Made by a program: the position numbers and the translations under genes | Notes under the pieces: generated by a model | Told to the model about the DNA's origin: nothing | What the model saw: only the letters and a program-made list of their open reading frames with translations | Database searches by the model: none | Part shown: positions 19,911 through 29,230 of the stretch, piece after piece | Layout of the letters: each line of letters starts with the position of its first letter | Position numbering within the stretch: the first letter of the stretch is position 1 | NCBI GenBank assembly: GCA_963664225.1 | Contig: OY760937.1 | Location: forward strand, 704,001 to 768,000 | Source: Verrucomicrobiia bacterium | GTDB taxonomy: Bacteria > Verrucomicrobiota > Verrucomicrobiia > Limisphaerales > UBA1319 | DNA: 64,000 bases | Direction: 5' to 3'

Positions 19911-20450
19911 ATGAACGATCAGGCGCAAAACCAGAATAACGAGCCCAACATTTCCAAGGCTGGGGTAGGTGTTGTTTCGCTTCGGCATGAAATGCCCGGG
20001 GATGAGGTCTTTCTTTTTGCAGTCTATGCTTCCACCCGCGAGGCGGAGCTTGCGATGACGGGTTGGGACGAGGCCGCGTGCACGGCTTTCCTGAACATGC
20101 AGTTTCGCGCCATGCGGGTGGGTTATCGCAGCTCTTTTCCCAATGCCGAATTTTCCATCGTCCTTTTCGATGGATGCCCCGTGGGACGACTCGTCGTGGA
20201 CCGAGGCGCAAAGGAGGTGTGTGTCGTGGATGTGGCTTTGCTGCCATCGAGTCGCAATAAGGGGCTTGGAACAAGACTCATGCGCAATCTCCTGGCCGAA
20301 GTTGAAGTGTCAGGAAAGCCCGTTCGTTTGCGTGTTCAAAAGGGCAGTCCGGCGAATCGGTTTTATCAACGGCTGGGTTTTAAACAGCTCGAAGAATTCG
20401 ATTTCGATGTAGAGATGGAATGGCTGCCCAATAAACAGGTGGAATCCTAA
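19911..20450 (+). CDS. GNAT family N-acetyltransferase
   Basis: FLFAVYASTREAEL, VVDVALLPSSRNKGLGTRLM (acetyl-CoA loop), PANRFYQRLGF. Confidence 0.92.
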   Translation: MNDQAQNQNNEPNISKAGVGVVSLRHEMPGDEVFLFAVYASTREAELAMTGWDEAACTAFLNMQFRAMRVGYRSSFPNAEFSIVLFDGCPVGRLVVDRGAKEVCVVDVALLPSSRNKGLGTRLMRNLLAEVEVSGKPVRLRVQKGSPANRFYQRLGFKQLEEFDFDVEMEWLPNKQVES

Positions 20451-20791
20451 CGGGAGGGCACGAGCCGGTTAAAGACGGCCTCATAGTAGAGTTTGCCCTG
20501 GTCCCTGCGGATCGGGACGATAAAGAGTTGAAAGGCTCCCAGTCGATCGTGTGAGAACGGGTGCAGCATCTGGGGAAGCAGTTTGTCTGCGGGACCTGCA
20601 AACAGCAGGGAAAATCTCTCGTAATCCTGATTATTAGCCGACCCTGCCGGTGGATTGGTCCTGCGATACTGAACCGCCTCCACCAGTTCCAGATCCAGTG
20701 TTCCTGCGGGATCTGACCCCACCCGGAAATTTGTATTCAAGAGCCCTTGGAATTGCTCAAATGACAATTGATCGAGCGAGATCTCATTCAT
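20447..20791 (-). CDS. Conserved hypothetical protein (DUF6916-like), no signal peptide
   Basis: ERFSLLFAGP...LFIVPI...YYEAVFNR; ATGA-coupled to the upstream dioxygenase. Confidence 0.8.
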   Translation of the reverse strand: MNEISLDQLSFEQFQGLLNTNFRVGSDPAGTLDLELVEAVQYRRTNPPAGSANNQDYERFSLLFAGPADKLLPQMLHPFSHDRLGAFQLFIVPIRRDQGKLYYEAVFNRLVPSR

Positions 20792-21564
20792 ATGCTTTTT
20801 AATTCAGGTGGAGGTTGAAAGGGGCCTCCAAAGTAAACTCTATCGACGCGCTTGGTTGCTTTCAACCAGGCCTGCCTTTGGGCTTCGGGCATTTTGAAGC
20901 AGAAACTGTAATGAAGCGGAACGGGATAGTATCCATAGACCGCCAGAATTCTCAATCCGGGCACTTTTCGGGGTGAACCGCAATGCCACGTCCGCTGGTC
21001 GATCAACAAGGCATCTTCCTTATTGCAAAATGCCGGAACATCGGGAGAAACGTTGGGCAACAAAGTCAAATCACGATGGGAGCCCGGTATGATGCGTGTG
21101 GGGCCCTTCTCCCAGGTCAGATCATCAAAGTACATGCCTACGAAGACATCTTTTGGATAATGATATTCCTTGCCAGGCATTCCATCGGGCTCGCGGTCTT
21201 TGTGCCATTTGGGAACGGAATTGGGATCCTCGGGCGACTGAATCAACCAACGATTCATGTACAATGAGGGCAGGGGATTGGCGACGGAATGGCTCAGGGC
21301 AGGGGTCAATACCTGTCGCACGCGTGGCGCCAAGGCCGGCCAGATGATCAATGGGGATTCACCTGGCAGGTCCCATTCGAGGCCATCAAAGAACAGAGCC
21401 GCTTTAACCTGTTCGGCAAAGGCGTCCACAGTCTCACGCTTAAAGACCTGCGGCAGGATGACAAAGCCGAGATCACGGAATTCGGCCATCATTCGGTCCA
21501 GTTCCGGTTTTGGATAAAGCTCTGTTACAAATTCCAGCAATGGGGTATCCATAATTAGATCCAT
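20788..21564 (-). CDS. Fe(II)/2-oxoglutarate dioxygenase, phytanoyl-CoA dioxygenase (PhyH) family
   Basis: FRDLGFVILPQV, WHKD (HxD), GPTRIIPGSHR, distal His in DQRTWHCGS followed by R. Confidence 0.85.
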   Translation of the reverse strand: MDLIMDTPLLEFVTELYPKPELDRMMAEFRDLGFVILPQVFKRETVDAFAEQVKAALFFDGLEWDLPGESPLIIWPALAPRVRQVLTPALSHSVANPLPSLYMNRWLIQSPEDPNSVPKWHKDREPDGMPGKEYHYPKDVFVGMYFDDLTWEKGPTRIIPGSHRDLTLLPNVSPDVPAFCNKEDALLIDQRTWHCGSPRKVPGLRILAVYGYYPVPLHYSFCFKMPEAQRQAWLKATKRVDRVYFGGPFQPPPELKSI

Positions 21565-22578
21565 TTAATTTTCCAAAGCAGTGTTGGTTGAATCCCGGAA
21601 AAGTTCCCGGTGCTTTGCCACCAAATCCGCATAAGGACCGGCCATCCAACGTTCCGCCAGTTGGTGTATCTCTGCGCTGGCCTCCTTCTTTTTATCCTCA
21701 CTGTCATTGCTGAATTGAAAGTGAGGATTTTTGGCATGGAACTGGGTTACGCGCTGCATTTGCTCAATTTCCCCGGCTGAATGTTGGAGTCGAAAATGGG
21801 TTGAGATGCCCGTCAAAACTGCGTCTGGTAATTGTCGGTAGTCCACCAGCAATCCCGTTTCATCGGGGAAATGTTCCAGGGCGGCCGCGCAGATTCTTCC
21901 AATCAGGGCAGCACAATACTCGTTCATTGAGAGTTGGCACAAGAGCTCCGGGTTCAATCCCATCAGGCCAGGCTCAAGGGCCATCGGCAAAAGCAATCCC
22001 CCGCGCTGACGAAACTGGGAGACGAGCACCTCGACCGGGTCACGATAAATGAATATCCACGGCACTGTTGGAAATGCCCGACGGATCAAGTCCAAACTCA
22101 GTGTGTTGATGCAGTCGAATTTGATAAAAAACTGTTTTTGTTCCGCAAGATTGGGTTGCGCCATGGCGTTCACCATGGCACGAATCCAGGTCAATTGCTC
22201 TTCGGGATCAAGGTTTGGGGTGCGATAGTTGGCCCGGATCATGACATCAATGGGGCCTGCCTCGGAAATGACGATGTTTTTCGCCAGCGCGGCATACATC
22301 TGCGATACCAGCGTCGATCCGCAACGCGACATATGGAAGATAAAGCCGTTGGGCGCCACTCCCGGATGCGAAGCGGCTCGTTCAAGCAAGGTTTCGACGG
22401 GCGTTTGGGGACGGAACAGCAGATTGTAGGGCAGACGCATGCACCGGCTAATGGTCTGATCGAAGAAGGAATCCGTGAAACGCCCGGCTCCCAGATAACA
22501 CCAGTCGATCATGGGGCGCGATTGCCGCCAATAAACCCGGATGGGAACGTAACCTTGCAATTGAGCGGAATTAATCAT
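21565..22578 (-). CDS. Sulfotransferase-family protein
   Basis: GFIFHMSRCGSTL (5'-PSB-like loop) and IFIYRDPVEVLVSQ (3'-PB-like motif). Confidence 0.8.
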   Translation of the reverse strand: MINSAQLQGYVPIRVYWRQSRPMIDWCYLGAGRFTDSFFDQTISRCMRLPYNLLFRPQTPVETLLERAASHPGVAPNGFIFHMSRCGSTLVSQMYAALAKNIVISEAGPIDVMIRANYRTPNLDPEEQLTWIRAMVNAMAQPNLAEQKQFFIKFDCINTLSLDLIRRAFPTVPWIFIYRDPVEVLVSQFRQRGGLLLPMALEPGLMGLNPELLCQLSMNEYCAALIGRICAAALEHFPDETGLLVDYRQLPDAVLTGISTHFRLQHSAGEIEQMQRVTQFHAKNPHFQFSNDSEDKKKEASAEIHQLAERWMAGPYADLVAKHRELFRDSTNTALEN

Positions 22579-22596
22579 GGGGTTGGGAAATTCCAG

Positions 22597-22806
22597 TTAA
22601 CAAACAAACCGCTCGATCCAAGCCTGCATGTTGCCGCGTATGGCGATTTCCACCTCATCGCTCGAGAATGAGAAACCCTGTTCCGCTCCAAGTTGCACGA
22701 CCGACGCAGAAAAAGCTGTCCTGTCCGATATGCCGCGCAGTTGTTCCTGCAAGGCCCGATTCTCCAGAACCCGCTCGCAGAATTGTTCAAGACTGGTTTG
22801 TGACAT
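22597..22806 (-). CDS. Nif11-like leader-domain small protein
   Basis: MSQTSLEQFCERVLENRALQEQLRG...VVQLGAEQGFSFSSDEV matches the Nif11 leader pattern; alternative start 22830. Confidence 0.7.
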   Translation of the reverse strand: MSQTSLEQFCERVLENRALQEQLRGISDRTAFSASVVQLGAEQGFSFSSDEVEIAIRGNMQAWIERFVC

Positions 22807-23036
22807 GCCTTCGGTAATTTGACTGCCCATGTTGCGAGCACACTAACGGGAGCCTCGGTTTTGTAAAGTCTTCAGCAAACCAAAGGGTGTATTTTCCCAT
22901 ATTGAATAGGGTTGCGGGTCCTCATGCGGGAAGCTTAGGATACGTCGCGCCGCGCCTGAAAACCGATTTTTTTGTGGCCGGTGGCTGCCAATTGGCCTGA
23001 TTTTCAAGCAAGTGAAGCTCAAAATATAAATTGATC

Positions 23037-25574
23037 ATGTCCGACCGTTTGCCCATTTACGATATTGAAAAGGAGATCATCACCCGGCTCCAGGAGTCGC
23101 GCCGTCTCATACTGCAGGCACCGACGGGTTCTGGAAAATCCACCCAGGTGCCGCAGATGTTGCTCGGGCATGGGTTGTTGAATGACGGACAAGTGGTGAT
23201 TTTGCAGCCTCGGCGATTGGCGGCGCGCTTGCTGGCCGCGCGTGTGGCACGTGAGCAGGGGGTGGAGTTGGGACGAGAGGTGGGATACCAGATTCGTTTT
23301 GAAAACCGCACCAGCGCGGCGACGCGGATCCGATTTGTGACCGAGGGGATTTTGTTGCGGCAGATGCTCAGGGATCCGCTGCTGGCGGGAATCCAGGTCT
23401 TGATTTTCGATGAGTTTCACGAGCGGCATTTGTATGGGGACATCACTTTGGCGCAAGCGTTGGAGCTTCAGGAAACCAGGCGGCCCGATTTGTTGATTAT
23501 CGTGATGTCGGCAACGCTGAACGCCGAGGGGTTGGAAAAGTATCTGAATCCTTGCGCCATGGTGTCCTCCGAAGGACGGATGTTTCCGGTGGAAATGGAA
23601 TACGCAATGCCACGGCCGCACACCAATCCTCCTCCGGTATGGGAGATGGCGGCGGAGGCTTTTCAGAAGCATGTGGTCTGCAATGGGGAAGGGGATGTTT
23701 TGGTGTTTATGCCAGGGGGCTATGAAATCCAGCAAACCATTGAAGCGATCCGCCAATGTCCCGAATCCAAAGGCTACATTCTGCTGCCATTGCACGGGGA
23801 GCTTCCACCGGGCGATCAGGATGCGGCCGTGGAGCGTTACGATCGTCCAAAGGTGGTGGTCTCGACCAACGTGGCTGAAACTTCGCTGACCATTGATGGT
23901 GTCCGGTTGGTGATTGACAGCGGGCTGGCGCGGATTCCCCGTTATGATCCGCACCGCGGGATCAATACGTTGCTGGTGGAGAAGATCAGCCGGGCCTCGG
24001 CAGAGCAACGGGCCGGGCGCGCGGGACGAACGGCGCCGGGGCGATGCATTCGCCTGTGGTCCCATCAGGAACATTTGGAACGCGCGGAGCGGGAATTGCC
24101 GGAGATCAAACGGTTGGATTTGTGCGAAGTGGTTCTGACCCTCAAAGCGGCGGAGGTGCGGGATTTGCGGAAGTTTCGATGGCTGGAGCCGCCTGTGGAA
24201 CAAAGCCTGGTGGATGCGGAAACCCTGCTGACGGATCTGGGCGCACTGGACCACAAGGGTGCGATTACGGAGATGGGGCGCAAAATTCTGGCGTTTCCGT
24301 TGCATCCGCGATACGCCCGGATGCTGCTGGCCGCCGAGGAATATCATTGTGTGTGGCAGGCGACGTTGATTGCCGCAATGACACAGGGCCGGGATTTGAT
24401 GATCCGCAATCCGGGGCGCGATGTTGAGGCGTTTCGCGAGGATTTGTTTGGGAATGAGGCGGCCTCCGATTTCTGGATCTGGATGCGGGCCTGGAATTTT
24501 GCATTGAAGAACAACTTTCGCATGGATGCGTGCCGCAGGGCGGGCATTCATGCGGTAACGGCACGACAGGTCGGACCGCTCCATGAGCAATTCCTGGGGA
24601 TTGCGCGCGAGGAGGGGTTGTCGGTGGAACGCGTGAAGGTGCCAGACGAGTCGATGCAGAAGTGTCTGCTGATTGGTTTTTCAGACCGTGTGGCGCGGCG
24701 GTTGGATGAAGGCACCCTGAGGTGCGAGGTGGTTCATGGGCGGCGCGGGGTGCTTGCCCGTGAGAGCGTGGCACGGCGGGGGGGATTGATTGTGGCCGCC
24801 GAGATACGAGAAGTGGAGGGGGCGGACCGGTCGTTGAACACCTTGTTATCATTGGCCACTGTGGTTGAACCTGATTGGCTGAAGGAGTTGTTTCCAGAAG
24901 ATATTGAATCCGAGTCGCGGGTATTTTACGACACCGCAACCAAACGGGTTTGCGCGGAGGAACAAATCCGTTTTCGGGGATTGACCCTGGAAGCGCGCCG
25001 TGTGGAACCGCCGCCTTCGGACGCCGCCGCGCGAATAATGGCAGAGGAAGTTTTGCAGGAGCGACTGGTGTTGAAGCATTGGGATAACAATGTGGAGCAA
25101 TGGATCCTGCGGTTGAATCTGCTTGGAAAGTGGTGCCCTGAGCTGCAATTGCCGCCCATTGGGTTGGAGGACCGGCGCAATTTAATCGAACAAATCTGCC
25201 TGGGCGCTGTTTCCTACAAGGAAATCAAGGACCGCGAGGTGCAACGTGCAGTCAAATCCTGGCTGCCGGATTACCAGCAGGAATTTGTGGAGAAACATGC
25301 GCCGGAGCGGCTGTCGCTGAGCAATGGAAAGACGCCCAAAGTGGTTTATGTGGCGGATGGGCAACCGTATATTTCCCTGCGGATTCAGGAGCTTTTTGGT
25401 GTGCAAACCACTCCGCGGATTGCGATGAACCGGGTTCCGGTGACCTTGCACATCCTTGCGCCGAGCATGCGTCCTGTGCAGATCACTCAGGATCTGGCGG
25501 GGTTCTGGAACGAGCATTACCCGAAAATCAAACAAGAGCTTCAGCGCAAATATCCGAAACACGAATGGCGGTGA
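23037..25574 (+). CDS. hrpB: ATP-dependent helicase HrpB
   Basis: APTGSGKST, QPRRLAAR, DEFHER, MSAT, TNVAETSLTIDGV, QRAGRAGR; C-terminal QITQDLAGFW...YPKHEW. Confidence 0.95.
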   Translation: MSDRLPIYDIEKEIITRLQESRRLILQAPTGSGKSTQVPQMLLGHGLLNDGQVVILQPRRLAARLLAARVAREQGVELGREVGYQIRFENRTSAATRIRFVTEGILLRQMLRDPLLAGIQVLIFDEFHERHLYGDITLAQALELQETRRPDLLIIVMSATLNAEGLEKYLNPCAMVSSEGRMFPVEMEYAMPRPHTNPPPVWEMAAEAFQKHVVCNGEGDVLVFMPGGYEIQQTIEAIRQCPESKGYILLPLHGELPPGDQDAAVERYDRPKVVVSTNVAETSLTIDGVRLVIDSGLARIPRYDPHRGINTLLVEKISRASAEQRAGRAGRTAPGRCIRLWSHQEHLERAERELPEIKRLDLCEVVLTLKAAEVRDLRKFRWLEPPVEQSLVDAETLLTDLGALDHKGAITEMGRKILAFPLHPRYARMLLAAEEYHCVWQATLIAAMTQGRDLMIRNPGRDVEAFREDLFGNEAASDFWIWMRAWNFALKNNFRMDACRRAGIHAVTARQVGPLHEQFLGIAREEGLSVERVKVPDESMQKCLLIGFSDRVARRLDEGTLRCEVVHGRRGVLARESVARRGGLIVAAEIREVEGADRSLNTLLSLATVVEPDWLKELFPEDIESESRVFYDTATKRVCAEEQIRFRGLTLEARRVEPPPSDAAARIMAEEVLQERLVLKHWDNNVEQWILRLNLLGKWCPELQLPPIGLEDRRNLIEQICLGAVSYKEIKDREVQRAVKSWLPDYQQEFVEKHAPERLSLSNGKTPKVVYVADGQPYISLRIQELFGVQTTPRIAMNRVPVTLHILAPSMRPVQITQDLAGFWNEHYPKIKQELQRKYPKHEWR

Positions 25575-25610
25575 CGGGTATTGAAACTGGGAAATACAGT
25601 GAAGGGGAAA

Positions 25611-25685
25611 TGGTGCGCGATACAGGTTTCGAACCTGTGACCCCTACCGTGTCAAGGTAATGCTCTACCACTGAGCTAACCGCGC
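25611..25685 (-). tRNA. tRNA-Val(GAC)
   Basis: Reverse complement GCGCGGTTAGCTCAGTGGTAGAGCATTACCTTGACACGGTAGGGGTCACAGGTTCGAAACCTGTATCGCGCACCA; cloverleaf, anticodon GAC, encoded CCA. Confidence 0.97.
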
Positions 25686-25829
25686 ACGAATCATCGTGAC
25701 TGGAAAACCCTGCCAAAGGGGTGGCCGGTTTGCAAGTGCGTATTTCAGCAATGATGCAAGTAAATCGGGGCGGCGCATTTTTTTGTTTCCAGAGGGCGGC
25801 ATTTTGCCCATTTTAAAGCCCTATTTAAT

Positions 25830-27587
25830 ATGCGTTGGACACAATCGTTAATTCCCACGTTGCGGGAAACCCCGGCTGAGGCCGAGATTTTGTCGCATCA
25901 ATTGCTGCTGCGAGCGGGTTTGATCCGAAAACTCGCGGGCGGTTTATACATTTTTCTGCCGTTGGGCCTGCGTGCACTGCGCAAAGTGGAAGCCATTGTG
26001 CGGGAGGAAATGAACCGCGCGGGGGCGTTGGAAATATTGATGCCAGCCCTTCAGCCGCCGGAAATCTGGCAGGCCAGCGGTCGTTATGAGACCGCGAGCG
26101 ATGTGCTGTTCAAGGTGCGCGACAGCTCGCGAAAAGAATGGGTGCTGGGGCCGACGCATGAGGAAGTGGTGACGACACTGGTGGCCGGCGAGATCAGTTC
26201 CTATCGGCAAATGCCGCGGAATTTCTACCAGATCCAGACCAAATTCCGTGATGAAATCCGCCCGCGCTTCGGACTGATGCGCGCCAAGGAATTCATCATG
26301 AAGGATGCCTATAGCTTCGACACGAACGACGAGGGGGCTCAGGCCAGCTACAAGAAGATGTATGAGGCCTATACCCGCATCTTTCGCCGCTGCGGTTTGA
26401 AGGCGTTTCCGGTGGAGGCCGATACCGGGGTCATGGGCGGCAAGTTTTCGCACGAATTCATGGTTCCCGCCGAAACCGGTGAAAACGATGTGGCGTATTG
26501 CGATCACGGAGATTACGCGGCGAATGTGGAGAAGGCCACCAGCCGGCCATTCATTGACGGTTCGATTGCGGGGTTCGTTCCTAATGCAGAGCAGCCGGAG
26601 GTCAAGGGCGCGGAAAACGAGCCTGCGCTGGAGAAATTTGCCACGCCGGGAGTGGTCACCATCGAGGCGCTGTCCAAGGATCCCTATAAAGTGCGTCCGG
26701 GCAAGCAGATCAAGACACTCGTTTATCTGGTGGATGGCAAATTGGTCATCCTGTTGGTGCGCGGGGATCATCAGCTCAACGAAAACAAGCTGGCGGGCCT
26801 TTTGGGCACTATGACGTTCCGGGCCGCGACGGCGGACGAGATATTCGAGGCGATGGGTGCGCATCCGGGCAGCCTCGGCGCTGTGGGAGTGACCAAACTG
26901 CCGGTGTATGCCGATTTTATTCTTCGTGGCGCCACAGGGATGACCACCGGGGCCAACGAGGACGGTTTTCATTATCGCAACGTCAGCGTTGTTCGCGATA
27001 TTTCTTCGGCACAATTTGCCGATTTGCGGACCGCCAAGGTTGGAGAGGGGTGCCCAAATTGCGGTCATCCGTTGAAAATCCAACGGGCGATCGAAGTGGG
27101 CCATGTGTTCAAGCTGGGCACGAAGTACAGCAAGGCACTGAATGCGTTGTTTCTGGATGAATCGGGCAAGCAGCAGCCGGCCGTGATGGGCTGTTACGGG
27201 ATCGGGGTTACCCGGACAATGCAGGCGGTGATTGAGCAGTGCCACGATAAGGACGGCATCGTCTGGCCCATATCGGTGGCGCCCTTCGCGGTGTGCCTGA
27301 CGCCTTTGACGGTGACCCCGGGCAGCGCGCCAATGGAACTGGCCGAAAAGATCTATGCGGAACTCACCGCCAAGGGCGTGGACGTCATCATTGACGACCG
27401 CGATGAGCGCCCGGGAGTGAAGTTCAAAGACTCGGAACTGGTTGGTTTCCCAATCCGGCTGGCGATCGGGGAAAAATCCCTGGCCAAGGGAGAGGTGGAA
27501 TTAAAACTCCGCAGCGGGGCGATGACACCCGTTAAAGTGGAGGAAGCAGTCGCCAGGATCATGGAACTGTTGTCTCCCAAGGAATAG
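25830..27587 (+). CDS. proS: Prolyl-tRNA synthetase (with editing domain)
   Basis: SHQLLLRAG, LGPTHEE, QTKFRDEIRPRFGLMRAKEFIMKDAYSF, IEVGHVFKLG, MGCYGIGV. Confidence 0.97.
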   Translation: MRWTQSLIPTLRETPAEAEILSHQLLLRAGLIRKLAGGLYIFLPLGLRALRKVEAIVREEMNRAGALEILMPALQPPEIWQASGRYETASDVLFKVRDSSRKEWVLGPTHEEVVTTLVAGEISSYRQMPRNFYQIQTKFRDEIRPRFGLMRAKEFIMKDAYSFDTNDEGAQASYKKMYEAYTRIFRRCGLKAFPVEADTGVMGGKFSHEFMVPAETGENDVAYCDHGDYAANVEKATSRPFIDGSIAGFVPNAEQPEVKGAENEPALEKFATPGVVTIEALSKDPYKVRPGKQIKTLVYLVDGKLVILLVRGDHQLNENKLAGLLGTMTFRAATADEIFEAMGAHPGSLGAVGVTKLPVYADFILRGATGMTTGANEDGFHYRNVSVVRDISSAQFADLRTAKVGEGCPNCGHPLKIQRAIEVGHVFKLGTKYSKALNALFLDESGKQQPAVMGCYGIGVTRTMQAVIEQCHDKDGIVWPISVAPFAVCLTPLTVTPGSAPMELAEKIYAELTAKGVDVIIDDRDERPGVKFKDSELVGFPIRLAIGEKSLAKGEVELKLRSGAMTPVKVEEAVARIMELLSPKE

Positions 27588-27612
27588 TCGATCGAATTAT
27601 AAAGATTGAACA

Positions 27613-27657
27613 GGGCCGGGCGGAGTGGAGTTTCCATCTCGCCCGGCTCGTTTTTTT
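27613..27657 (+). terminator. Intrinsic terminator between convergent proS and waaA
   Basis: GCCGGGCG...CGCCCGGC stem followed by a T7 run. Confidence 0.7.
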
Positions 27658-27663
27658 AGCCGG

Positions 27664-28998
27664 TTATTTCCGACCGGCTTTGGCCACATAAACTTCTTCG
27701 TTGGGGAGGCTCCGAATGATCATTTCCACAGTGCGTTCGATGGCGCCCTGATTATCCGTGACCACTTTGAGGGCGTTTTGGCCCAGCTCCTGGCAGCGCT
27801 TTTCATTGGCCAGGAGCGAGGACAAGGCGGCTTCCAGTTCAGCAGGATTCTGCACCTGGACAGCGGCATTGTTTTTGACGAAGGCCTGGGCAATGGCCGC
27901 AAAATTCTGCATGTTCGGACCAAATACCATGGCTTTGCCCAAGGCGCCCGGCTCGATGGGATTTTGACCGCCCTGGGCCGTCAGACTTTTCCCGACAAAA
28001 ATCACGGTGGAGCGCTCGTAAAAGTATTTCAACTCACCCGTGGAATTCACCAGCAGGCAATCGATGGAACCTGTTGCGGGTTTATAACTGGGCACCACCT
28101 CGCTGCGATAGGCAAAGGGGATGCCACATTTTTCCAAGACCCGTCCCACTTCGCGGCCGCGCTCAAAATGCCGTGGCACCATTACGAGAAAAAGTTCCGG
28201 AAATTTTTGTTTCAGGCGTTTGAAACATTGCGCCAGAATTTCCTCTTCGCCGTTGTGAGTGCTGCCGCAGACCAGCAAGCGGGCATTTTCCGATGCGCCG
28301 AGCTGGCGGAGCATTGCGGGCACGTCCAGGAGGCGTCGCTCATTGAGTTTGGCGGAGTCAAATTTCATGTTGCCCATGACGTGAACCGCCTCGGGCTGAC
28401 ATCCCAGGTTTCGCAAACGCTCGCCATCTTCGGCGCTCTGAACACCCACACCGGCAAAACTTGCAAACAGATCCCGAAATAAAAGCCCAAACCGTGTATA
28501 GCCGCGGTACGAACGATCCGAGAGCCGGGCGTTGACCAGAAATACCGGGATGTTGCGGCTTTTGGCCTGCCAGAGAAAATTGGGCCAGATTTCGGCTTCG
28601 ACGAGTACGATGGCCTCCGGGCGGAGGGTGCTCAAGGCGCGTTGGACGCATTTTTTGCGATCCACCGGATAGTAGATTTTTGCGATGTGACTGGGCAATT
28701 TTCGCTTCAACTCACCCATGCCGGTGGTAGTGGTGGTTGAAACAATGATTTTTAAATTGGGTACTCGAGGCTCAAGGGCGCGGATGAGTTGTGTGCAGAT
28801 GTTGACTTCGCCCACGCTTACTGCATGAAGCCAGATCACCTGCCGGTTGGTAATGGCTTGTTTTAGCTTGGCATCATAATGGCCAAAACGTTGTTTAAAA
28901 CCATCCAACCAATTACCCCGTCTCCACATCCGCATAAAATAGTACGGCGATGACAGGACGAAAAACAGCAGGAACAGAACATTATAAATAATTCGCAT
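27664..28998 (-). CDS. waaA: 3-deoxy-D-manno-octulosonic acid (Kdo) transferase
   Basis: IWLHAVSVGE, EAEIWPN, NARLS, GNMKFD, VPRHFER, GGQNPIEP, GPNMQNF. Confidence 0.95.
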   Translation of the reverse strand: MRIIYNVLFLLFFVLSSPYYFMRMWRRGNWLDGFKQRFGHYDAKLKQAITNRQVIWLHAVSVGEVNICTQLIRALEPRVPNLKIIVSTTTTTGMGELKRKLPSHIAKIYYPVDRKKCVQRALSTLRPEAIVLVEAEIWPNFLWQAKSRNIPVFLVNARLSDRSYRGYTRFGLLFRDLFASFAGVGVQSAEDGERLRNLGCQPEAVHVMGNMKFDSAKLNERRLLDVPAMLRQLGASENARLLVCGSTHNGEEEILAQCFKRLKQKFPELFLVMVPRHFERGREVGRVLEKCGIPFAYRSEVVPSYKPATGSIDCLLVNSTGELKYFYERSTVIFVGKSLTAQGGQNPIEPGALGKAMVFGPNMQNFAAIAQAFVKNNAAVQVQNPAELEAALSSLLANEKRCQELGQNALKVVTDNQGAIERTVEMIIRSLPNEEVYVAKAGRK

Positions 28999-29230
28999 GC
29001 GTCAACAGTCAATTGATTGACGCTCTATTCTTGTCACACCACAAGGGGAAATGACAAAGAAATAATTCCGTCCTTATTATCCGCAGGCTCTCCATAAAGG
29101 AACTCTGCTATAAGCGAAAAGTGCGATATGCCCGAGGATATGAGCCATTGATCGTTTTTTCATGGTTTGCTTTGAGATATCATCTCAGCCGGTAACGATA
29201 CCGCCCATGTTTATCTTTCAAAGCGCTGGT

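Noticed and set aside
22597..22830. Classical Nif11 lanthipeptide precursor
   Set aside because: No double-glycine site, no core peptide, and no LanM or peptidase-transporter nearby.
23019..24590. Long antisense ORFs (this one; also 2604..3815, 25944..27245, 43139..44341, 53119..54195, 60944..62236)
   Set aside because: Shadow frames opposite well-supported genes, typical of GC-rich DNA, with no recognisable motifs.
25611..25685. tRNA-anchored genomic island
   Set aside because: Flanked by the core genes hrpB and proS; I saw no integrase or duplicated tRNA 3' end.
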